Source: an uncultured candidate division Zixibacteria bacterium (lineage in GTDB: Bacteria > Zixibacteria > MSB-5A5 > UBA10806). Taken from it: a DNA stretch of 64,000 bases. Location of the stretch: the NCBI GenBank assembly GCA_963801605.1, contig CAWDFP010000006.1, positions 640,001 to 704,000 on the forward strand, in the 5' to 3' direction. Made by a program: the position numbers and the translations under genes. Below are positions 19,109-28,738 of this stretch, piece after piece; the stretch's first letter is position 1, and each line of letters starts with the position of its first letter. The notes under the pieces are model-generated. The model was given only the letters and a program-made list of their open reading frames with translations. It searched no databases and had not been told where the DNA came from.

Positions 19109-21870
19109 ATGAAAAAAACGATTTTACATTCAATAATTGTAATCCTCTTTTTTACGGTGACCACTGAGGCGCTTCCTCCCAGATATCACACCTATACCGG
19201 CGCCGTGACGGAGCTTCAAGCGCTGGTGACCGCCAACCCGGGCATCTGTCGCCTTGATTCGATAGGCTATTCCAACAGGGATTCCCTTGCGATCTATGCG
19301 CTTAAAATTTCCGATAATGTTACGTCCGATGAGGACGAACCTGCGATTCTCTTTTGCGGCGGCGCGCATGCCGATGAAATCCTGGGTCCGGAGATTGTAA
19401 TGACTTTCTGTCAGGACTTAATTGCTAAATATAATGCCGGAGATACCGCTGTCATAACCTATGTGGATAATTTTGAAATATACTGCGTCCCCTTTGTCAA
19501 TCCTGAGGGGCATATAGTTGTTGAGGAAGGCGATACCGACTGGCGAAAGAATAAAACTGACAATAACGCCAATGGAATATTCGACTTACCAGGACGGCGT
19601 TGACAATAACCGCAATTATGATTTTGCCTGGGAGTTGGATAACACTCCGGGCGGCCTGACTCCCGAAAGCTTAATGTATAAAGGGCCTTATCCTTTTTCG
19701 GAATCGGAAAGCCGGGCCTTGCGGGATCTCGGGCAAAAATATAAACCGATAATCGCTCTTGACTACCATTCACCTACCTATGGACCATCGGAAATTGTCT
19801 ACTACTGTTGGAACTGGAGCCAACATGGTGGAAATTCTCCCGACACCCCAACCATGCGGGAGATTGGTTCTCATTATGCAGGATCGATTCTCAAAGACGA
19901 CAATGTTCATAGCTACGCGCTCGGGGCCGGCGTAGTCAACAAGGGGGATTTTAAAACCTACTTTTATGGAAATTTCGGCACCGCTGCATTTACAATTGAG
20001 GTCTCGGATACGACAATCCAGGACACGTCCCTGGTGGATTCAATATGCGGGAGAAATTTGGCCGGAATTTATTATCTTCTTGGACGTTCAGGGCATGCTC
20101 GTCTTTCCGGAGTTGTAACTGATTCTATTACCTGGGCGCCGCTTGTGGCTGCTGTGGAAGTGCTGGAGGCTACCGGCGACGAAATTAATCCGCGATATAC
20201 ACGCGAAGGAAGCGGAAGGTATGACCGTTTAATGAACCCCGGCGTTTATACTCTTCGGATCACTAAGGACGGTTATGCCGCAAGGACAATTGATAGCGTT
20301 ATTGTTTCAAACGAATTCGTGACTATATCAAATGTTCAATTAACTCCTGAACTTGCAGCCCCTGTTTTGTTGAGTCCGGCTGACAGATTCGCTTTTTGTC
20401 AGGATTCGATAGCGCTTAATTTTAACTGGAGAGAATGTGCCAATGCCGACGGCTATTTTATTGAAATAGCAGTCGATTCCTTATTCGAAAATCCAGTCGA
20501 ATCCGATACCGTATTTTCATCAACCATTTATAGAAATGCTGCCGCGTTTGAAATTGGCAGATACTTTTGGCGGGTAACATCATTTAATCAATACTCTAAT
20601 CCAAAACTTTGCGAGAGACCCTGGAGCTTTGTATTAAACCAGGCGCCATCGCCTCCAATGGTACTCTTACCTCCCAATAATTTTTCAATTGATACCTTAT
20701 CGCTCCTTTGCTGGCAAACAGGAGCGGATCCCTGATAGTCTCGATGCTCTGAGCTACACAATAGAAGTTGACGATGATTCGGCCTTTGGCTCCTGCGTGA
20801 TAACACAATCGGGTCTGGGCCGAGGTTATATTTCGCCCTCGCTTTGTGCCGCGGCTGGCAATTAGGCGGTTTTAGAAACCTGATAGTCGACACCAAATAT
20901 TTTTGGCGCGTGAGAACGGTCGATAGCTATAATATTCCATCTGCCTGGACTGATGGACGAAGCTACTTTGTTTTCATGGCGCAGAACCATCCGCCCTTGC
21001 CACCCGATTCAGCTTTTATACCATCAAATGGAAATCAGGCAGCTTCGCTCACGCCAATAATCTCATGGGCATCGGCATTCGATCCAAATTACGATGATTC
21101 ATCAAGTACGCTTGTTTATATATTGGAATATGGTGAAGATTCATTGCTATGGAATAACTCCCGAATAGATACCACATCTATTGGGGATTCTTTTTTGATG
21201 ACCGATTCCCTGAGAGATAATAACCATTATTTTTATCGTGTAAAAACGCTTGACGATGGCGGATTGTCCTCGGACTGGTCATTTGTTCAGGATTTTTGGA
21301 CTAATGCTATCAACACGCCCCCGGAACCGTTTTTGCTTTATAGTCCGGAAAATGGGGTCAGGCAAGTTCTCTTTTATACCAGCTTTATTTGGGGCACAAC
21401 AATAGACTCCGATCCGAATTCGAGTTTCACCTATACATTGGAATATTCCTCCGACAGCTTGTTTGAAGGATCAAAACGCGATTTATCAGGGATTGTTGAT
21501 ACATCTCTTGCTGTCATCACCGATTCCCTGGCGACGATTCTCACAAAAATTATTTTGGAGAATTAAGGCAATCGATAACGAAAGCCTGGTGAGAATCGGC
21601 GGTATTGACGAAGATTTTCGAACTTTGAATATTTTACCGCCCGGTGACGCCAATTCCAGCGGAGCTACAAACGGAGTCGATGTCATATATCTCGTAAATT
21701 ATCTTAAAGGAGTTGGCCCCGCGCCATCCCCACTTTTAGCCGGCGATGCTAACGGCAATTGCCAGACCAATGGCCTCGATGTTACATATTTAGTTAGTTA
21801 TATGAAAGGTTTTGGGTCGGCACCGTTCAGGGGCAACTGCGAATTACCTTATCTTCCGAGGCACCCATAG
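19109..21870 (+). CDS. Secreted M14 zinc carboxypeptidase with regulatory/FN3-like domains and C-terminal dockerin-like domain (multiple frameshifts)
   Basis: Signal peptide, 'HADE' zinc motif, 'VNPEG', 'WRKN', 'GVDNNRNY', 'PFSESE', 'DYHS' and 'FTIEV'. FN3-like 'YFWRV' repeats. Two 'GDANxxGxxNGxDV.YLV.Y.KG' motifs. Confidence 0.8.
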
Positions 21871-22176
21871 AAAAAGATCGAAATCAATAGTTCCATCGAG
21901 ATTGAATTTAATTCCCTCTTTAGAAAGAAGTCTCCGTTGCGTCTCATATCCTTTTCCCCGCGGCAGCGAGATTCGTCCGGAACTGTTTATCACCCGCTGC
22001 CAGGGAAGCTTATCCTTACGAGATGATGAGTGCAGAAGCCAGGCTACCTGCCGGGCTGCCATCGGATTTCCGGCCAATGCTGCAATCTGTCCATAGGTCG
22101 CAACTTTGCCACTGGGGATTTTTTTAATTATCCCCCTTAAGCGATCTGTAAATGAGACTTCCTTGATTTGTTTCAT
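21844..22176 (-). CDS. Alkyltransferase-like (ATL/YbaZ-type) MGMT family DNA-binding protein
   Basis: 'IP.GKVATYGQIA.LAG.P.AARQV' and 'LPWQRVINSSG', with Trp in place of the acceptor Cys. Confidence 0.85.
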   Translation of the reverse strand: MKQIKEVSFTDRLRGIIKKIPSGKVATYGQIAALAGNPMAARQVAWLLHSSSRKDKLPWQRVINSSGRISLPRGKGYETQRRLLSKEGIKFNLDGTIDFDLFLWVPRKIR

Positions 22177-22264
22177 AAACTCTCTTTCAATATTTAAAAC
22201 ACCTATCGAAAAAAATCAATAAAGTAAATTTAGCGCAATCGTATTGGCATCGTAATTCTATGCC

Positions 22265-22437
22265 GCCGCGGGTTCCGCCCGCCCCGATGAAATCGGGGCG
22301 CGGAAATCCGATCGATCCCATTTGGATATCAAATATGACGTATTTTCCCGGTGATATTAGAAATTGCAGTTAGAATTCAAGTTCGGATTTCCATCTTTTA
22401 TCCCGATTTTATCGGGATAAAAGGCGGAACCCGCGGC
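22265..22437. repeat. Nested inverted-repeat element (REPIN/MITE-like)
   Basis: 15-bp perfect terminal IR GCCGCGGGTTCCGCC. Each arm carries a CCCGAT(G/A)AAATCGGG hairpin and the GGAAATCCGA inner IR. Confidence 0.7.
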
Positions 22438-22570
22438 CAAGCATAGCCCGGAAATTTCTTCCCAAATCCAGGATATTTTCTTCCGGTTTAGCTGCGAAAA
22501 ACGACACATCTAAAAGGATATTATTATCAGAACAGCATAATTCGCAACGATTTACGCCGAGCGATTAAGT

Positions 22571-22587
22571 TTGGCATCAAGTTTGTC
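22571..22587 (+). promoter_or_regulatory. Possible sigma54-like promoter of the polysaccharide operon
   Basis: TTGGCAT-CAAGT-TTGTC, with a non-canonical -12, positioned appropriately before the RBS GGAGGT and the ATG at 22626. Confidence 0.35.
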
Positions 22588-22625
22588 TTAGATACCCCAT
22601 AGAAATGAAAAATGGAGGTAAAAAA

Positions 22626-24983
22626 ATGGGCAAAAAAGCAATAGGCCTTGTTTTGATATTGGTCCTTGGTTTTAGCCTGGCAAATGCGCAGTTGACACCC
22701 GATCAGGAGAAGCTTAAAGAAGAATTCCTGAAGCAGCGTCAAACCAGCACCGATCCAGTTCAGCCAACGTTAATCGAACAATACAAAAGTCCAGTCGAAT
22801 TAAATAATCAGACCGACGATTTCTATAAACCCGCCGAGGAAATCCCTCAATCAGCCCCGATCGCTTCTGAAACGCCAAATCGGCAGGACATAACGGAAGA
22901 ACAGCTGAAGATATTCGGATATAACTTGTTCGATGGTACACCGGAAAGCTTTTCGCCGGTGTTAGAGGCTACTCCTCCGCCAGATTATAAATTGGGGCCA
23001 GGCGACAATGTTCTGGTGAATATCTGGGGACGAGTTGATATGCAGCTTGACCTAACCATCGATCGCGAAGGTAAAATCTTTATTCCCAAGGTTGGAGAAA
23101 TTTCGGCTTGGGGAATAACCTTAGATCAATTCAAGGACCTTGTCGGTACCAGACTATCCGCCATTTACAGCGGTTATGAGTTTTCCGTAACATTGGGGAA
23201 AATTCGGCGCATTAAGGTCTTTGTATATGGCGAGGTAAAAAGACCCGGCGGATATACAACATCATCGCTGGCCACTCTTTTCAACGCTCTCTATCTGGCG
23301 GGCGGTCCAACCGAAACCGGAAGCCTGCGTTGTATCCGGCATATCAGAAGCAGCAAGATTGTGGCACAAATTGACCTTTACCGTTTTCTCATCGATGGCG
23401 ATAACTCGCAAGACAGCAAACTGGAATCGGGCGATGTGATTTTTGTGCCGGTCAGCGGGCCATTGGTAAAAATCTCGGGCCAGGTCAAACGTCCGGCTAT
23501 TTACGAATTGGCCGGAAATGAAAAGATAAGCGATTTGATCGCACTGGCTGGCGGCTCCACCGCCGAGGCTTTTATGGAAATGGTCAGTGTAGATCGAGTT
23601 GGTAAGGAGGACAGCCGCATTATTGCCGATGTAGACCTTTCGGAAAAGCTGAAGGCATCAGATCTGGCGGCTTATTCCAAATCCGATCTGGTATTAAAAG
23701 ACGGCGACCGTCTAAAGGTTCCATCAGTTTACGATTTGCGAAAGAATACAGTCAAGCTTATGGGAAACGTAAAGCATCCCGGAGTTTTTGGCCTGACAGA
23801 TTCTATGAAAGTTTCTGACCTGATCGATCATGGTGAGCAATTCCGTCGCGACACATATACCAAACGCGCCAACTTATTCCGTACTTTTCCCGATCAGCGG
23901 CGCGAGGTTTATCCAGTGATACTCGATGAGATTCTATCGGGAATCGATTCGACAAATTACCATCTGATCGATAAAGACAGCCTCGTTATCTATTCTCAAA
24001 ATGATATTCGTCGAGATATGTCGGTCACCATTTCGGGTGCCGTAAAACGTCCCGGAACCTATGAATATTTCGAGAACATGAGACTCTCCGATCTGATATT
24101 TCTGGGCGGAAATCCACTCAAACAATCGTATTTACTTCAGGCGGAAATTGCCCGGGTCGTACCGGGAAAGCCGGCCGAGCTTCTTCATGTTAATCTCGAC
24201 AAAATATTAAACGGCAGTGATTCCTCGCAAGATGTTCTATTGGCCGAGGATGATATTGTTTTTATTCGTAGCATACCTCGCTATCGTCTTTCCAACAACG
24301 TTACCATCGAAGGTGAGGTCATGTTTCCCGGCGTTTATGAGATTACGAAAGAAAATGAGAGGCTTACCGATCTTCTCAAGCGATGCGGCGGATTTACTCC
24401 CGATGCTTTCCCCAGGGGTTTGATTTATGAACGCCCCACAATAGCGGAAGAAGTCGAAAAACGTCAAGCCCGCACCATTTTGGCTTCGACGGAGCAAACG
24501 ATTCTGGATAGCCTCAATCGCCCCATTCCCAAGTTAGATCAAACGCTTGATATTAAAGGCGCCAACCGCGTCATCATAAATACCGAGGAAGCCTTGAAAA
24601 AGCCCGGCTCCTCCGATGATGTAGTTTTGGAACGTGGCGACCGCATTTATATCCCGGCCAGGCCGGTCGGCGTTCAGGTTCTCGGAGCGGTGGCTTTCAA
24701 CGGAACCGTGGTATTTAAAAAAGGTGAAAAAATTAATTATTTCATCAAAGCCAGCGGCGGATTTTCCACCGATGCTGACAAAGGCCAAACTCGCCTGGCA
24801 AAAGCCAACGGCCGTATTTTTGCTGGCGGACAGGCATTCGGCGCCAAAGTGGAGGCCGGCGATATGGTCATAGTCCCCCAAAAGCTCAAACGCGAAAAGA
24901 ACTGGTTCAAGTCAACGACGACCATCGCAGCTATAGCCAGCTCTGTGCTGTCCGCCTACCTGATAGTCACCAGGGTCAAGTAG
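22626..24983 (+). CDS. Polysaccharide export protein with multiple SLBB domains (Wza/KpsD-like)
   Basis: Signal peptide, 'FGYNLF', 'DYKLGPGD...IDREGKIFIPKVG' and repeated 'GEVKRPG.Y' SLBB units. Confidence 0.9.
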   Translation: MGKKAIGLVLILVLGFSLANAQLTPDQEKLKEEFLKQRQTSTDPVQPTLIEQYKSPVELNNQTDDFYKPAEEIPQSAPIASETPNRQDITEEQLKIFGYNLFDGTPESFSPVLEATPPPDYKLGPGDNVLVNIWGRVDMQLDLTIDREGKIFIPKVGEISAWGITLDQFKDLVGTRLSAIYSGYEFSVTLGKIRRIKVFVYGEVKRPGGYTTSSLATLFNALYLAGGPTETGSLRCIRHIRSSKIVAQIDLYRFLIDGDNSQDSKLESGDVIFVPVSGPLVKISGQVKRPAIYELAGNEKISDLIALAGGSTAEAFMEMVSVDRVGKEDSRIIADVDLSEKLKASDLAAYSKSDLVLKDGDRLKVPSVYDLRKNTVKLMGNVKHPGVFGLTDSMKVSDLIDHGEQFRRDTYTKRANLFRTFPDQRREVYPVILDEILSGIDSTNYHLIDKDSLVIYSQNDIRRDMSVTISGAVKRPGTYEYFENMRLSDLIFLGGNPLKQSYLLQAEIARVVPGKPAELLHVNLDKILNGSDSSQDVLLAEDDIVFIRSIPRYRLSNNVTIEGEVMFPGVYEITKENERLTDLLKRCGGFTPDAFPRGLIYERPTIAEEVEKRQARTILASTEQTILDSLNRPIPKLDQTLDIKGANRVIINTEEALKKPGSSDDVVLERGDRIYIPARPVGVQVLGAVAFNGTVVFKKGEKINYFIKASGGFSTDADKGQTRLAKANGRIFAGGQAFGAKVEAGDMVIVPQKLKREKNWFKSTTTIAAIASSVLSAYLIVTRVK

Positions 24984-24992
24984 GGGAACAAT

Positions 24993-26093
24993 ATGGATAG
25001 AATGACATTAAAAAACGCACCTGCGGAAAAACCATCGATCCTCTGGGATTCATTCATACTCCCGATACTGAAATATAAGAAAATGACCTATATCATTGTC
25101 TCGGTTACTGTGTTGACTACCCTGGTAATCTGCCTGCTGCTTAAAAATCAATATACATCGACAGCGTCAATTCTTCCAACGGGACCATCCGGGATTTCAT
25201 CAGAACTCAAGGATCTGGCGGCAGGTTCGCTCGGCGAACTGGGCCTGGGTGCATCCGGCGAAGCACCGGAAAACTCATCGGCTCTGTTTCCCAACGTATT
25301 AGATAGTCGTTTGATCTCGGAAAAAATTCTCCGCCGCACCTATAGCTTTAATGACAAGAACCGGCAGATATCTCTCAAGCTTGAGGAATATATTGATAAG
25401 CCCAATATGGATAAAGCGGTGCGAGCTTTGAAAAAAATCGTGGTAATTAACACTGATAAGAAAACCGGAGTAATCGCGCTCTCCGTAACCACGGAATACC
25501 CGGAACTATCAGCTACAGTCGTTCACGCCTATCTCGAAGAACTTGATGATTACAATATTTTTCACCGCCAATCGTCGGCGACCGAGAACGAAAAGTTTAC
25601 CGCTAAACGATTGCTGCAGATTAAATCCGAACTGGCTGCCACTGAGGATACACTGAGATCGTTTAAGGAAGCCAATATGAATTATATGGTTTCAAGCGAT
25701 CCTCTCCTACAGCTTGAGCTTTCACGTCTGCAGCGGGAAGTTGATCTCAAAGCCTCGCTTTATCTTTCTCTCGCACAACAAAACGAGATGGCTAAGGTCG
25801 AGGCGGTTAAAGACATCCCGGTGGTGCAGGTGCTCGACAGGGGTTCCGTGCCTCTTGAAAAAAGCTCACCTCGTCGAAGCGTTTATATGATCGCAGCTTT
25901 ATTGGGATCACTTTGTTTCTCGATATTCTTAAGCCTTTGGTTCGATCTATCCCTGAAGCGCGGCCTCAATCGCGAATTCAGAAAAATAGCGGAAGCGCCG
26001 GGAATTCACTTGAATAAAATCGAATCGCGAATTGCGGGCAAGCTCGTTAGGATCGCGGATATTATCGAAAAAAATCAAAACCAATCACGATAG
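24993..26093 (+). CDS. Polysaccharide co-polymerase / chain-length determinant (Wzz/GNVR domain)
   Basis: Two TM segments flanking a coiled coil. 'YTSTASILP' and 'VQVLDR..VP.EKSSPRR'. Confidence 0.85.
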   Translation: MDRMTLKNAPAEKPSILWDSFILPILKYKKMTYIIVSVTVLTTLVICLLLKNQYTSTASILPTGPSGISSELKDLAAGSLGELGLGASGEAPENSSALFPNVLDSRLISEKILRRTYSFNDKNRQISLKLEEYIDKPNMDKAVRALKKIVVINTDKKTGVIALSVTTEYPELSATVVHAYLEELDDYNIFHRQSSATENEKFTAKRLLQIKSELAATEDTLRSFKEANMNYMVSSDPLLQLELSRLQREVDLKASLYLSLAQQNEMAKVEAVKDIPVVQVLDRGSVPLEKSSPRRSVYMIAALLGSLCFSIFLSLWFDLSLKRGLNREFRKIAEAPGIHLNKIESRIAGKLVRIADIIEKNQNQSR

Positions 26094-26127
26094 AAAAGTG
26101 CCAACAAAAAAAAATAGAGAGAATGTC

Positions 26128-27294
26128 ATGGAAAAAAGACTTGTAAGAATTAATCAGGTGGCTATGGATATTGAAAAGCCGCCACAAACTTGTCCCGGGA
26201 TTTTACCGATTCCGGGTCTCTTAAAGCTTGATGAAAATGAAAATACGGTGGGGCCATCCCTAAAAATCAGCGAGGCTATAGGGGAACATATTCGGTCTCG
26301 ACCGCTCAATTGGCATGGCGCTGGCATTTCAGAAATCAAACTCAAGGAAAAGCTTTCCACCCATTTGGCTCTTCCCAGAGAGGCGATAAGTTGTTTTAAC
26401 GGTTCGATGGCGGCCCTTGAATGCATCGCCCGAACTTATCTCGAACCAGGCGTTGAAATTCTAATTGATACCCCCTGTGATGAAATGGTTGTGGCGATGG
26501 CTCAAAGCACCGGAGCCAGGGTGACAAGGGCAATTCATGGCGATCCCCTGGAGCCACAGGTTGAGACGCTGGTTAATTACATTAATCCAAAAACCAAAAT
26601 AATATTTCTATCAAACCCCAATGAGCTTTGCGGGGCAACATACAACGAATCCGAAATCGTTTTCCTGTTAGCTTATGCTGAACGAATTATGGTGGTGGTG
26701 CAAGAGGAGTTTGTGGAATTCTCTGGAGTTAGTATCGCTGACCTGGCTATGAGATTTCCTAATCTGGTGGTAATTAGATCATTTTCGAACGCTTTTGGAT
26801 TGGCCTCGCTCGAAGCGGCTTATATTGTCACCGATCCCGAGAATCTGGAATATATCGAGCGCCTGAAATTCTCAAATGGCTTAAGCGGATTTGCCGGCTC
26901 GGCAGCCTGCGTCGCGCTTGAGGACCTCAGCAGTCTGAAAGCCTATATTCATTCGGTAGAACAATCAAAAAAGATTATTCTTTCGAATTTGCCTCAAACA
27001 GGCTATCGATTCAGATTAAATCCGGGCAATTTTCTTTTGTTGCACGTTTCCGATTGTTCTGAAGCGATCAGATTGCTTGAAGAGGAACGGGTAATAGTGC
27101 GCGACCTCTCGTCCAGCGAGAAGTTCGAGGGATACCTGCGAATAACACTCGGTACGCCGGCCCAAACTGAAATGCTCCTTCTGGCACTGGGCAGATTGGC
27201 AGAGAAGCTTGCCACCGGAATGAACCGCGGCTTCGCGGAGAAAACAGTTAATCGTCCGGCTCGCCGACTCAGGGAAATGGCAAGCGTTAGATAG
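26128..27294 (+). CDS. HisC/CobD-like class I/II aminotransferase-fold protein with degenerate PLP site
   Basis: 'LKLDENEN', 'IFLSNPN', 'RSFSNAFGLASL' and 'YLRITLGT'. The catalytic Lys is replaced by Asn. Confidence 0.75.
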   Translation: MEKRLVRINQVAMDIEKPPQTCPGILPIPGLLKLDENENTVGPSLKISEAIGEHIRSRPLNWHGAGISEIKLKEKLSTHLALPREAISCFNGSMAALECIARTYLEPGVEILIDTPCDEMVVAMAQSTGARVTRAIHGDPLEPQVETLVNYINPKTKIIFLSNPNELCGATYNESEIVFLLAYAERIMVVVQEEFVEFSGVSIADLAMRFPNLVVIRSFSNAFGLASLEAAYIVTDPENLEYIERLKFSNGLSGFAGSAACVALEDLSSLKAYIHSVEQSKKIILSNLPQTGYRFRLNPGNFLLLHVSDCSEAIRLLEEERVIVRDLSSSEKFEGYLRITLGTPAQTEMLLLALGRLAEKLATGMNRGFAEKTVNRPARRLREMASVR

Positions 27295-27319
27295 TAAAGC
27301 TGCGGGCAAGAGAACAACG

Positions 27320-28738
27320 ATGAGATCGGTCTTACAGGTTTTCTCCTTTAATATTGTATCCAAAATTATCATGGGTATAACTGGTATTTTGCTTATCCGA
27401 TACATGAGCCTCGGAGAATATGCCAGTTTTACTTTCGCTTTTTCGATTATGATGGTGGTCACTCAGGCTTTTACGGTCAGCCTGAACAGAATCTATATAG
27501 TTGGCCAACGGAATCTGCATCTTTCAGATTCATCATCCCCTTTTCTGGGATTTCAGTTGATGGTAATTCTTGTCCTGGCCATAGCGACGTATCCTTTTGT
27601 CGCTGGGTCAAGAAACCTCTATTGGTTTACGACTGCGGCAATTGTGGCTACCTGCTTTTCGGAGTTTACCAAAACATTCTTTCAGGAAAAGATGAAGTTC
27701 AAAAGCTTTTCCGCTGTTGAAATTTGCCGAACCGTTCTAATTACAATTGGAACCTTACTCGCCATTTATTTCCTGGGAAGCAAGCTTACGGCCTGGCAGG
27801 TGCTTGGCATACAGGCCGTGGCCATGAGTTTGATTTTTCTGGCGGCCTTTGGCAGACAACTGAACATTGGCGAACTCCTGAAGATCAGCAGGGTACTTGG
27901 CCTGGCCCGGACCATAATCAAAGGACAATTCGTTTTCCTCTTCGGCTATTATTTTCTCTTTTCGTTTTTCGGCCAGCTCGATGTCTTTATGCTGAGATTT
28001 CTTTCCAATGACGCTACGGTGGCGACATATGGTTCAGCATTTAGATACTATACCCTGGTGATAATGGCATTAGGGTCGGCTCACACGGTACTCCTTCCAA
28101 TGACCCAAAAAGCGCAAAGTGTCGATGAGTTAAGAACAATATTCAGGAAATTCAAGAAACTTGTCTTTGTGTTCGCCCCGGTAGTGCTATTGGGCGCCTG
28201 GGCCTCGATGTGGATCATTCCTGCCATCGATGCCGGCAAGTATCCGCAGGCGGTTATGGTATTCCGTATCCTGGCTATCTCAGCAATCTTCTCTTTTGCT
28301 TTAAGCCCGCATGTAAATTTGGTTATGCGCTTTGAAAAGTTCAAGTTCCTCTTTTTCGCTGTAATCGTGGCGGCGGCGATCAGCATTGTTTTGAACATCT
28401 TCCTGGTGCCGCTTTGGGGCGCTGTGGGCACCGCAATTTCGACATTCGTCTCATTCGGATATGTAAATGGCATGGTCTATCTGAAAGCAAAACGTCTTAT
28501 GAATCAAAATGTATCTCTTCCGGGTGAGCCTGATTCCGAAATCAAGCCCGCTGAAACATCGGCTCAACCGATGAAAAACGAGATTAAGCATCAAGGAAAA
28601 ATATGGCAGTCCGCGTCCCTATATCCTAAAGCTTCGTGCGAAAGCCAAAGAATATATCAAAAAGCTGAGGGCATCCGTCAAAGTATTGGAAATCGAAAAA
28701 TTCTATGCCAAACGCTGGCGCGGCGAACTGCCCGATAA
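27320..28738 (+). CDS. wzx: Wzx-type oligosaccharide flippase
   Basis: About 12 TM helices and 'LNIFLVPLWGAVGTAIST'. The C-terminal tail may be extended by an indel. Confidence 0.8.
   Translation: MRSVLQVFSFNIVSKIIMGITGILLIRYMSLGEYASFTFAFSIMMVVTQAFTVSLNRIYIVGQRNLHLSDSSSPFLGFQLMVILVLAIATYPFVAGSRNLYWFTTAAIVATCFSEFTKTFFQEKMKFKSFSAVEICRTVLITIGTLLAIYFLGSKLTAWQVLGIQAVAMSLIFLAAFGRQLNIGELLKISRVLGLARTIIKGQFVFLFGYYFLFSFFGQLDVFMLRFLSNDATVATYGSAFRYYTLVIMALGSAHTVLLPMTQKAQSVDELRTIFRKFKKLVFVFAPVVLLGAWASMWIIPAIDAGKYPQAVMVFRILAISAIFSFALSPHVNLVMRFEKFKFLFFAVIVAAAISIVLNIFLVPLWGAVGTAISTFVSFGYVNGMVYLKAKRLMNQNVSLPGEPDSEIKPAETSAQPMKNEIKHQGKIWQSASLYPKASCESQRIYQKAEGIRQSIGNRKILCQTLARRTAR

Noticed and set aside
22265..22437. 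CRISPR array or tRNA
   Set aside because: The repeats are inverted rather than direct with spacers, and there is no cloverleaf or cas gene.
28570..28738. Wzx-heparinase fusion
   Set aside because: It depends on an A-run length at ~28574-28578 in an indel-prone assembly and cannot be supported.
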